In this document: positions 1-11,259 of the stretch, piece after piece
How the letters are laid out: the number at the start of each line of letters is the position of its first letter
Position numbering within the stretch: position 1 is the first letter of the stretch
Assembly: GCF_022045235.1 (NCBI RefSeq)
Contig: NW_027266266.1
Coordinates: 20,584,001-20,648,000, forward strand
Origin: Haliotis cracherodii
Taxonomy: Eukaryota
Direction: 5' to 3'
DNA: 64,000 bases
Notes under the pieces: model-generated
The model's input: the letters and a program-made list of their open reading frames with translations, nothing else
The model's database searches: none
What the model was told of the DNA's origin: nothing
Position numbers and translations under genes: made by a program

Positions 1-975
1 TATTCGAGACAGGAAGATCCCAACCCTCTGGAACACGATAATGGCAAGTGCCTTATCTGCGACAATGAAATTTCGCAAAGTAGATACAATTTTATGAATA
101 TCAACTTCTTTATATACTATTAAAACTAGTAGTCCATAAAATTGTGTCCACTTCGTCAACCGTCAACTCCGGACTTAAGACCGACAAAATAAACCGATTT
201 CCTGCTATTGGTGTATATCTGTCATTTTCTACTGTACTCTTTTGCCGCTTTGAAACTTCTTAACTACTTTCGTTAATGTATTCTCACCTATATATCATTG
301 AACGGCTGTCACGCTATGATCCGCCATTTTGAAAATGGCGTTACGTTTTGCAGTAAAGTGGCACACTTGGAATGCTGTCAAATGTTTACATTTATTTGCA
401 ACAATATGTCCACGTGAGTACACTCACATAGGATAACCACCCTTCCAGCTTGATATTTGTGCTATTTCGACTATTATTCATAACCAAAACTGAGGGAAGA
501 CGTATCCGAGACAATAGCATTAGTAGGACACAGACAGGACCAGAAATAGAAATCGTTAGGAAATGTATTCGTAGATTAATATTTCATGAGAACATTTGTA
601 TCCAAATGAAGTGAGTGATTTGGGGTTTAGCGTCTGTTCAGTCATATCACAGCTTCCCGTCAGCTTAATGTGGGAGGCAAGACTGTAGAGGCACAGGTCG
701 TAGACACTTTCAACCCGCGGTACTGTTGTCTAAATGCCGTAAATATTTTATTCTGAACTGGCATGTGGCAACAATGAAAAGGTAAGTGTTTTACAAAGAA
801 CTACATATAAGAATATAAAAAAGCGACAAAATCCGTTCCATGTCGAATAGAAATCTCATAAATACGATTCCGACAATATCATAAGCATGTGTTTATGAAT
901 CACTATCAAATAGTGATGATACCAGGTGTCCGCGAAAAGGTTAAACGTATATACGTAATACCCCTTTAAAAAACA

Positions 976-1702
976 TGTGTGTGTGTGTGTGTGTGTGTGT
1001 GCGTGCGCGCGCGCGCGTGTGTGTAGGTGTGTGTGCGTGTGTGCGTGTGCGTGCATGGGTGCGCGTGTGTGTATGGTGGTGTCTGGTGGTATGTGTGTGA
1101 TGGCGTGTGTGTCTTTGTGTGATGGCGTGTGTGAATGTGTGATGGTATGTGTGTGATGACGACGTATGTGTGATGGCGTGTATGTATGTGTGTGATGGCG
1201 TGTGTATATGTGATGGTATGTGTGATGGCGTGTGTGAATGTGTGATGGCGTGTGTGTCTGATGGTATGTGTGTGATGACGTATGTGTGATGGCGTGTGTG
1301 TATATGTGTGATGGCGTGTGTGAATGTGTGATGGCGTGTGTGTCTGATGGTATGTGTGTGATGACGTATGTGTGATGGCGTGCGTGTATGTGTGTGATGG
1401 CGTGTGTATATGTGATGGTATGTGTGATGGCGTGTGTGAATGTGTGATGGCGTGTGTGTCTGATGGTATGTGTGTGATGACGTATGTGTGATGGCGTGCG
1501 TGTATGTGTGTGATGACGTATGTGTGATGGCGTGTGTGAATGTGTGATGGCGTATGTGAATGTGTGTTGGTGTATGTGTGTGATGGCATATGTGAATGTG
1601 TGATGGCGTGTGTGAATGTGTGATGGCGTGTGTGAATGTGTGATGGCGTGTGTGAATGTGTGATGGCGTATGTGAATGTGTGTTGGTGTGTGTGTGTGAT
1701 GG
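976..1702. repeat. (GT)n microsatellite grading into a ~20-bp GT-rich minisatellite (gtgtgatggcgtgtgtgaat and variants)
   Basis: Directly visible tandem units; explains the His/Thr-rich ORFs at 856-1769. Confidence 0.95.
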
Positions 1703-2207
1703 TAAGAGCAACGATCCATACCGTCTGGGTACGCTGACACACAATAAGTCCTCGGTTGCTACGGACCAATTCTAACCAGGAATCCCCACTTGTACCTAAT
1801 TTAGTCGCCTCTTACGACTAGCAGTAGGATGCTGAAGACACATTCTACCTCCTGAGTCCCCACGGAGTGTCCAAACATGAAATTAATACAATTAGGATAC
1901 CAGTGACAAGCAACCAGTCACGTCACCAGCCTGACCAATTGATCCATTTGGTCACCTACATAAGCATAAGCGCTTTAGACCTATTTTCTTCCCCGGAGTC
2001 ACCACGAATAATATTCTATATATACAAATGAATCCCATCGGATGATGATGTGGGCAGTCCCCTGTGTAGCACGAGGAAATATTTAAATTGTTTTCAGTAA
2101 CGATTGGTGAAATTACGTTGGAGCAAATGTTAATGCCTCATATTAATCATTAACAGAATTGTCTTTTGCGTTTTTCTGAATAATAATGATAAGAAGAAGA
2201 AGAAGCA

Positions 2208-2605
2208 TGCGACAAAACCCTTTCCATATCAAATAGAAATCTCTATAGAAGTCCATTTTACGATTCCGACTACATCGTTCGCATGTGTTTATGAATAACT
2301 ATCAAATAGTATGGATACCAGTTCCCCCGGCCCCACCGGTGGCACCCATCACAAACACATGCAAAGGAAAGTCAATTGTTCAACTACAAAACAAGGGAAC
2401 ATATGGTAGGGAATTGGATCGGACCTCATTTTTGTCACTGATGCGTCAAGTTTGGAAATGTTCTCCACATGTCTACCATAAAACTTTTTGAAAGCTATAC
2501 TCAGGCCTTGAATGTTGTAACCGTGATCGAACAACTTCTGAGCAAGAGTTATATGACGCTCTTTGAAATAATGGTGGTAAGAACGTGCTCGGTTGTATCT
2601 CAACA
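2208..2605 (-). mobile_element. 3' fragment of a Penelope-like retroelement (RT C-terminus plus 3' UTR)
   Basis: Minus-strand ORF RYNRARSY..FKERHITLAQKLFDHGY...AFKKFYGRH is homologous to the copy at 46.8-47.3 kb; it is followed by a 3' tail ending ggaaagggttttgtcgc that recurs across the window. Confidence 0.7.
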
Positions 2606-2714
2606 GTTGTTGGGCATGCCAGCACTGGATTGTCTGGTCAAGACTCTACTGTTTAAAGCCAACGTCGTATTGGTAGGAGTTCTGCTCTGCGGCGTCAGGC
2701 AACAAACACTCACA

Positions 2715-2895
2715 TTTTTATGCAAATTGTGTGAGTTGCGGGTTCTACCGGTAGAACGGGACAGGCTTGGGTGGTCACTGGTTTTCAGTGATCCATCCAT
2801 ATAATTTACACCGCTATTTTGCCTTTAACGCCGAATGGAATCTGTTTTGTTTGATAATCGAGACTGATTATTCTCTGACGTTAATGTTTTTATTG
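2715..2895 (+). mobile_element. Dispersed repeat, tail type B (same core as type A, different 3' tail); other copies near 6717-6830, 7425-7560, 10612-10745, 17345-17630, 19685-19870(-)
   Basis: Recurrent ttttcaccgctattttgcctttaacgcc.aatggaatctgtttcgg.gataatcgagactggtta..ctctggcgttga, preceded in several copies by gcaggacatgc...ttcgcgaacacctg. Confidence 0.65.
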
Positions 2896-5180
2896 CAACT
2901 ACATGCACGAATCATCAAGAAAGCAAACCTCAGAGGACATACTTCTTAGTGCTATCACGCTTGCCTGGGCATATGAGCCCTAAAAGCCGAATAAAGTTTT
3001 TTTCAAGAGACCAAATTTGCAATGCAAATGTAATATTGACTTTATGAAAGGAACGTTCACGCGGAATCCAAAGCATATAAATATTCTATGAATGTAAATA
3101 TGACAATAAGAAAAAAAATGACTTTAAATATTTATATTGATTGTTGGAGACTGTGTACCAAGTTCCATTGGGAACCTTAATAGTCAAATATGAACAACAA
3201 TTCCTCCGTGGAAAAGGGTTCAAACAGTGCCCAGTGGACATAGTTTCACAATTATCTCCAATTATTAAGCACAACAGATATTTCGATTTGTTCTCAAGCA
3301 GCCAAGAGCGTTGTACGCTGGGGCCAATATATCGACATGCTGCAGGGGCTGATCGTGCAAAGTGTAGAGCTTCTAGAAAGCCGTTTCTGTGTAACAACTG
3401 TGACTGTAGGTACAAACGAGATCAATAAAAATCAGGTAATGCATGTTGTGAAATTTGACAACTTGGTTACCATAGTAACGTCATGACTAGTGGCATCTAT
3501 GGAAACAACAGAACATGTTAGATGAAGATTGGGATACTATAGCAGGGTTCTGGAATCTGGCGCCAGAGAATTTGGTATGGTGCATTTGTAAATGAAGTGA
3601 GCTCTTTTGAATCTAAATTTACATGTTTCTATTGTGTTATTGTTTCAAGACAAACAGAGCATGTGTACTTAAGGTTTATGACTCAAGTTATGTAGTCATA
3701 TGATATCAATAATGCTTTGTGCTGTGGAGGAATATATAAGCCGGTTACTATAGAAGCGCTGACCAAAAACGTCAGGGTGTATTTGTATTGAGATTCCTAT
3801 CAAATATTAGTATTAGTATTGTTCAGCGTCAGGCAAATCCACAATATTCTGTTTGAATACATTGCAATCGATATTGTTTTATGTCATTTACATTAGAATT
3901 AGTCAACGTAATATAATTATCGATGCATTGATTACTATACGTTATATTGCATATTAATGATACATTGCACGATTTGAAAGATTTTGTCGATAAACGTTTC
4001 AGGTCTAACTCGTGATTAACAGATACTTGACGTTTCTGCGCACACAGACGCGATAAAAAAACATTGATTAATGTGAAATGTTAGTCCATTCGACTGACGG
4101 TTTCATTCGAGGCAAAGAAATCGTTTCAAAAAACAATATTATGTGATTACAAAAAAAACCCACAATTTATTATGCAACAAAGCGAAATGTCCACAGAAGT
4201 TTCTAAAAACTACACTGAGCATAATACAGCATTGCATATTAGTCGACTGCAGTGCAGTCATGTTTTCACGAACTCCAGTATCTCGAATTACCTTTTACGT
4301 CGATTTAACCTGATGCTCCCAGCACGATCCGTATCTGAATCACGAGTCTTATTCTGTTTTCCTCGAACTACTGCTCAAAACAAGCTACGGAACACCCACA
4401 ATTGGATGAATGTGTGTTATAACACCCACCTGCCTCGACAGCTTAACTCATGGAAACAAAGCGGGTGGTCTTTAACTTGTTTTGAGTAGTATAACTTCGG
4501 TGTTCCCTGGGACATAAATTGACGCGATTTTGTTGCATGGTTTATGTACCGGTATGAAAGACTTCACATTTTGACACCACAATGTTGAATGACACAACAA
4601 CACCTTGCGTCCCACAGTTGATAATGCTTAAACGATCTTAACCCGTGAAATCATCACATTGGCTTTTATGCTGACTAATCCATCAAAGTGCGTGGTTACC
4701 ATTGCTTGTAATGGCATTATCGATGACTCAGCAGGTGATCGACTTCAAAGGGTTTGATTACCCGGCGTACATCGACAGGACCATGGAGTCAGAGGTTATG
4801 TCAAAGGTCAGAGATTCGCCGATTTTGGCATAAATGAAATATTACGAGGACGAATTGTTCTTATGCAGTCAGTGACTTCATTATCCTCATATTCTATCAC
4901 TCAGTCTCTTATATTGACAATATTCAGAAACGATACAAACTTATATATATTTTCGCATCCAAACTACTGTTTTTCGCATCCATCAACGCGATATATTGTC
5001 AAAGACGACGTGGCATTGTGTTCCCGGTAACTCGTATGTCGAACTACGGATATATCGATCTATGTCAAGTGTCACCACGACTGTTTAGTAATTTTCCATG
5101 TGTCATCACAAAGATATAAAATGTATAGGTTTGTTCCTTCCACTTTGATTAATCTGTGAGAGACAACGGAGGAGGTAGAG

Positions 5181-5696
5181 TAAGGAACCTTTTTGGCTCA
5201 CGGGAAATGTCACGTTTGAAAAAATCAATCTTTGAGATATTGGCATGACATTATCAGACACTTTCAAATTGTTGACATCTATCCTTTTTTCTTTCTTACA
5301 TTTGCAAGTTTTCGACTTCTGTCGTTGTCAAAATGCAAAAAATGAGATAAATTTGGCAGATTTTTAGGACTCAAAATGATAATTTGACCCAAGATGAATT
5401 AAGCAATGTATATTTATGGACACCAGCTTGGGGCATAGCTATGCTCGTGCTCAAAAATTAGAAAAAAATCGACCCATGGAAACCTCCAAAATATGTCTTT
5501 TTTACACATTGTATCCATACCTGTTTATTTAGTGATGGCATACGTTCCAAACCTGCATTTGTTGAAATGAACAATGTTTAGCTCTCGTCCATATGAACAT
5601 ATCTGACCGCTTTCCCAAGTTTCCAAGTTCCCAAGTTCTAAAAGGCTTGCTCAATTTTTAAATTATACAGAACCTGTGAGCCAAAACGAGCCCTTA
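5181..5696. mobile_element. MITE with ~24-bp imperfect terminal inverted repeats
   Basis: taaggaacctttttggctcacggg (5181) versus the reverse complement of 5673-5696, taagggctcgttttggctcacagg. Confidence 0.55.
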
Positions 5697-5829
5697 TCCG
5701 AACTTGTCCTTTGAATAGTTCTAATGCAATTCTGATTGTATATTGATTGTATCTTGTGAATAGCGTTTGATAGTGATTCAAAAACACATGATCCTGATAT
5801 AAGCGGAATCGTAAGCGGGGAATCGTTAT

Positions 5830-6692
5830 TTACGTTTATGTATTATTACAGCAAGATCTGGGCGTTACGTTTGTTTATTATTACAACATCTCCATCTGTG
5901 TGTTACGTTTGTTTATTATTACAACATTTCCATCTGTGTGTTACGTTTGTTTATTATTACAACATCTCCATCTGTGTGTTACGTTTGTTTATTATTACAA
6001 CATCTCCATCTGTGTGTTACGTTTGTTTATTATTACAACATCTCCATCTGGGCGTTACGTTCGTGTATTATTACAACGTCTCCATCTGTGTGTTACGTTT
6101 GTTTATTATTACAACATCTCCATCTGGGCGTTACGTTTGTGTATTATTACAACGTCTCCATCTGTGTGTTACGTTTGTTTATTATTACAGTGTCTCCATT
6201 TGGGCGTTACGTTTGTTTATTATTACAGCATCTCCATCTGTGTGTTACGTTTGTTTATTATTACAACATCTCCATCTGGGCGTTACGTTCGTGTATTATT
6301 ACAACGTCTCCATCTGTGTGTTACGTTTGTGTATTATTACAACATCTCCATCTGTGTGTTACGTTTGTGTATTATTACAACGTCTCCATCTGTGTGTTAC
6401 GTTTGTGTATTATTACAACATCTCCATCTGTGTGTTACGTTTGTTTATTATTACAGTGTCTCCATTTGGGCGTTACGTTTGTTTATTATTACAGCATCTC
6501 CATCTGGCCGTTACGTTTATTATTACAGTGTCTCCATCTGAGTGTTACGTTTGTTTACTGTTACATCATCTCCATCTGAGCGTTACATTTGTTTATTATT
6601 AAAGTGTCTCCATTTTGGCGTTACATTTGTTTATTATTACAGCATCTCCACCTGAGGGTTACGTTTGTTTACTGTTACAGCGTCTCCACCTG
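5830..6692. repeat. 38-bp minisatellite, ~22 copies (ttacgtttgtttattattacaacatctccatctgtgtg)
   Basis: Unit starts at 5865, 5903, 5941; explains ORFs 5838-6602. Confidence 0.97.
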
Positions 6693-8673
6693 ATCGTGTA
6701 GAACTGACGTAGATGTATGACTTTCGCGAACACCTTTGCAATTTTCAGTTATCCAATCACAGAAGTGTTACCTCTATTTTGCCTCTTACGCCCAATGGAA
6801 TCTGTTTCGGTATCCAATGCCGTTGACATTGTATATTTATGTCTATACATCTACGTTAAAGCAACAAAAGAGATTGATGAACACGCACAATATTGCGACT
6901 TAGTATTAACATATGTGGTAAATAATGACAATCTGGGCACTAAAATTGCTTTCCGAAAGTCGGTCTCCGATATATTTCCCATGTCACTAAATCCCGAGTA
7001 TACTTGTGGCTACATATCGTGGATAAAGTGTGACATTTGACTATGGCCATACGCTTCTGATACAACTCCACATTCCAATCTGATCCAACGTTGGTCATTT
7101 TAAAGACAGGGACCATTTATCCGGACCCCATGAATTGGGAAACCTCGCGTACCGGACGATATTTAGGTAAAACAAAATATATCCTACATGTACATAAAAT
7201 GCTTCTATCCGGAAATCCGGTTTCCGGATCCTGACAGTGAATTTCAAATACCAAATTCCATATACAAACGGTCACCACTGTACATTATACAGGCAATATA
7301 GGACTTTGACGCTCATCTTTTCGCGAACACAAGTATCATTACGTTTTGATAGTGTTTCATAACCACATGGTCATGATATCGGAATCGTCCACGCGATTCT
7401 GGTTTTAGCAGCGATTTTCCTGCATTATGGCAGGACATGCTTTCACTTTTCGCGAACATCACATCACTGATTGTCACCGCCACTTTGCCTTTAACGCCCA
7501 ATGGAGTCTGTCACGGTGGATAATCGAGACTGGTTATCCTTTGGCGTTGATGTTTTATGTTTATAAATATGGAAAGTGTCTTGTTGCTTTGATAAAATTG
7601 AGCGTATCCTGCCCCACTTGTGACACCTGTCACAAACACATTCAAAGGCATGTCAATTTTTCACCTGAAAAAAAACCCACGGGAACAAGTAAAAATAGGG
7701 TATTGCGTCGGACATAATTTTGGTCACTATGAAACTTTATGGTAGCTTTGCTGAAGCCTTGAATGTTAAATTCATAAAGCTTGCATACACTTTGGTCGTA
7801 GATTGCGTGTCAAGCAATAACTGAGTTTTGCCGTTCTGCAGTTGAAATGCTTGTGTAAACCTTTTACCGATTGTGTCATAAAATGAGAGTATTGACATTT
7901 TTGCGAATATGGTATGATACACATCCCCTCTTGACAAACACCATTTATCCACAGGACTACAATGTTTCGATTCGATTTTGATATTTTGATTAGAGATTTT
8001 GATTGCATGTTAGGGTTTTCTCATTTACTACGACTATGAGTGCGTATGCCTCAGAGACTCTCAAAATCCCATCTCCGAGTGAAACATGAGACAATCATTA
8101 TGTTGTCTATTCTGGGGTGTATCTTAAAATATCGGTATATGCAGTTTCAGGAAAATGTTTTTAAAATGAGCCAACCACCATTAGGACATTTTAAACACCA
8201 TCGATTTCAAAACGACGTCATCGCTTTGTATATGATCTATACCTAAAAAAAATGGTATAACGATGAATGACCGCACAATGCACGGTAAAATAAGCAATCA
8301 TCTTATATCGTTGGAAATAATGTCATCCCAAACAGAAACGCCCCCTCGTCATATTGTCATAGCTGTTTTAACAGTTTTTCTCTCATTCTTTGAAACTGCA
8401 ATTTCACATTTCTTACAATTATGTAGTATTCAGTGACGAAAATTATTTCAAACAGTAATACTGCAATTGGAAGTGTTTTTTTTAATTTATGGAACACTAC
8501 AAACACGAAAACGTCGTTTTTTCCTCCATATGGCCTTTAGACGTATTTTCGATGGTTTTAAAACGACGCCCTATTGGATGTTTGTCGCTGTCAATCAAGG
8601 TATTGCTCTACTTTTTCTGGTAGGATCACGTGGTAGGTTAGAGGCGCATGCGTGTTATAGTCTCAGGTTCAAC

Positions 8674-9118
8674 CAATCTCATTAGTCCTATTACGGTTGA
8701 CGTCAGACCGAGCTTTCCCGAACTTTGACCGAACAATGAATTGACTGACAAGAGGTCGACATCAGCCAATCAGGCAGCTTTCTCATGCTTTACGGCACTA
8801 GTTTCAAACTGGCGACTACACTTTGAAATTCTGACAAATTTTCGATTAAAAATTTGAAACCTGAACAAAGAAACATTTTGGAATGGCTAAAAGATGGCCT
8901 AGATTGTATTGATTCAGTCCTAAAGACCGAACTGTCGTTCGGAATACCCCTTCGAGGTTGCATGATTAGAAATCACATTCCGACTGTCACTTTCCTGATC
9001 TGGTAAGCGACGCTCTGATTGGTCGGATGAAAGGTCGTTCTAACGTAACCTGTAATGGGATGTCCTCAGATCTTTGTTTCGCGGTAGCGATACCTAAGAC
9101 TTGCTTTTAATGAGATTG
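8674..9118 (+). mobile_element. Non-autonomous AcademH-like DNA transposon with a RecQ-type helicase remnant
   Basis: Termini caatctcatta...taatgagattg; 9-bp flanks aggttcaac/aggttccat; internal NLKPEQRNILEWLKDGLDCI (8851-8910); homologous to 61097-61565. Confidence 0.6.
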
Positions 9119-9139
9119 AGGTTCCATTAAAATATAGCA

Positions 9140-9340
9140 CACCTCCGTGGTCTGGTAGTAGAGCGTCTGCCCAGTGAGCGGAAGGTCGGAGGTTCGATTC
9201 CTGCCCGCGCCATACCAAAAGACCTTAAACGATGGTACTTGTTGTTACTTTAAGGGGACAACACTAAGACAGGAGCGCCTGGGTGTCAGTATACTGTGTC
9301 TAAGCGGGGTATCCATGCTTAACACACACACACACACACA

Positions 9341-9396
<56 letters not shown>

Positions 9397-9415
9397 CACA
9401 CACACAAACACACAC
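9140..9415 (+). mobile_element. tRNA-derived SINE with a Meta/MESC-like central domain, ending in a (CA)n/(CACG)n microsatellite
   Basis: A box tggtctggtagtag, B box ggttcgattcc, then cataccaaaagac...atggtacttg; homologous to 43670-44043. Confidence 0.7.
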
Positions 9416-9840
9416 TGTGCACGCTTTGTAGTGAAGGTAACGTGGAAAGTGAAAACCACTTTTTGATGATTTGTGACCAATATAAAACACTGCGTGAGAA
9501 GTACATGTCTGATTTATGTACATCATAGCCTACACGTAACGAATTCAGTGTGCCTTTAGCATTAACGGACGCTAATTAGGTGATACAGCTGGCTGTATAT
9601 ATTTACCATGCAAATTGCTTTCAGAGAGATCCATGTTGACTGTGATTATGTTTAATGTTATTCATATTATATGTCGACTAGCCACCTGTATGAACATCGG
9701 CCCCGTCCAACATGCTTCGTGAATAAAGAATAATTCTATGTGCATAAATTTTGAACTCATCCCTACCCATTACACTCCAACCCACCCTACACCACCCCAC
9801 CCCCACCAACCCTAACCCAACCCCACTCACTCACTCACTC

Positions 9841-10230
9841 ATTTCACGAGTGTGGCGTCATATAAACATGACGTCAGTAATTATTTGCCTGTATTGTACT
9901 GTTTGGTTCACGAGTGTGGCGTCACATAAACATGACGTCAGTAATTATTTGCCTGTATTGTACTGTTTGTTTCACGAGTGTGGCGTCATATAAACATGAC
10001 GTCAGTAATTATTTGCCTGTATTGTACTGTTTGTTTCACGAGTGTTGCGTCATATATACATGACGTCAGTAATTATTTGCCTGTATTGTACTGTTTGTTC
10101 CACGAGTGTGGCGTCATATAAACATGACGTCAGTAATTATTTGCCTGTATTGTACTGTTTGTTTCATGAGTGTTGCGTCATATATACATGACGTCAGTAA
10201 TTATTTACCTGTATTGTACTGTTTGTTTCA
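9841..10230. repeat. 64-bp tandem repeat x6, each unit with a perfect CRE palindrome TGACGTCA
   Basis: TGACGTCA at 9869, 9933, 9997, 10061, 10125, 10189. Confidence 0.95.
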
Positions 10231-11195
10231 ACAAATCAGTAAATGAGCTATCGTGTGACTGGATTATTATTTTCTGGTCCATCGTTGGATTGCCGGGTTT
10301 GGTTACATGCGTCTGTCGCATGACAGGACTAGTGTGTGAGTGAGTGAGTATGGTTTTACGCCGCTTTTAGCAATAATACGGCTGTGTACACCAGAAATGG
10401 GCTTCACACATTGTAGTCATGTTAGGAATCGAACCCGGGTCTTCGGCGTGATGGTGGCCCTTGCCGTGATATTGCTGGAATATTGCCAAAGGCGGCGTAA
10501 AACCATACTCACTCACTCACTTCGGCGTGACGAGCGAACGCTTTAACCACTGGGCTACCCGACCTTCCCCTATGACGGGACTACCTATGTGCGGTGTCCG
10601 GCAACAATACTTTTTTTAATGCAAATTTTGTGCGTGGCTTACCATTTTCGCAAACACCTGGTGTCATCACTGTGGTCAGTGGTCCATTTTCACCGCCAGT
10701 TTGCCTTTTACACCGAATGGATTCTGTTTCGGTTGATAGGTTGGTCCATTCCCTGTCCCTAACGATGCAAAGATGTTTAGTTTGAAAATAAATGCATAAA
10801 ACCTGAAGTAAGTATATTTTCCTGTGTGGTACAACCATGCACTCATTACGTATTCGTTGCCGTCATCGTCGACGCTGGTGCCGTCACAGAAGACCATTAA
10901 GCGTTTCTGTATGTTAAGCTAATTGCCAGCTCTACAATGCGATCGGTATGGTAGCAGGTGTTACTGTTATCTGTCGTGACGATTTTCTACATGGATCAAG
11001 ACATGATTTCGAGTTTCTTAGTTGTTTTATAGCTGTTGATACAATAGCGTGACTTGCTCGGGTAATGAATAGTCCCTCAGAAGTAATCCCATGTAAGTTG
11101 GAGGCAGTTTTATATTTACGTCACAATGAACCACGAAGAGTTCAATAAGACACTGGTAACGCGACTTTTGGTGTTTCAGGTGAATGAGGTGAAGG

Positions 11196-11259
11196 ATGGG
11201 AAGTTTGGGAGAAGACATGGCGGATAAGCCAGACGATAGCACGGACATACCATTGCAGG
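11196..11259 (+). CDS. DAT: Predicted first coding exon of DAT (exon 11180-11259): [21 protein letters not shown](G)
   Basis: Acceptor ttttggtgtttcag ends 11179; strong donor CAGG|GTAAGT at 11260; two in-frame ATGs in good Kozak context (11196 aggATGG, 11217 gacATGG); in-frame TGA just upstream (11190); phase 1 matches the acceptor at 35209. No homology support. Confidence 0.7.

Noticed and set aside
76-155. Inverted repeat aagtagatacaattttatg / cataaaattgtgtccactt
   Set aside because: Probably the internal palindrome of an old DNA element truncated by the window edge; cannot be classified
2208-2400. Hammerhead ribozyme or SECIS expected near Penelope-like ends
   Set aside because: No CUGAUGA...GAAA core with flanking stems and no convincing SECIS found by eye; needs an Infernal/SECISearch run
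856-6602. His/Thr-rich and Tyr/Val-rich ORFs of 213-294 aa
   Set aside because: Translations of the GT-rich and 38-bp tandem arrays
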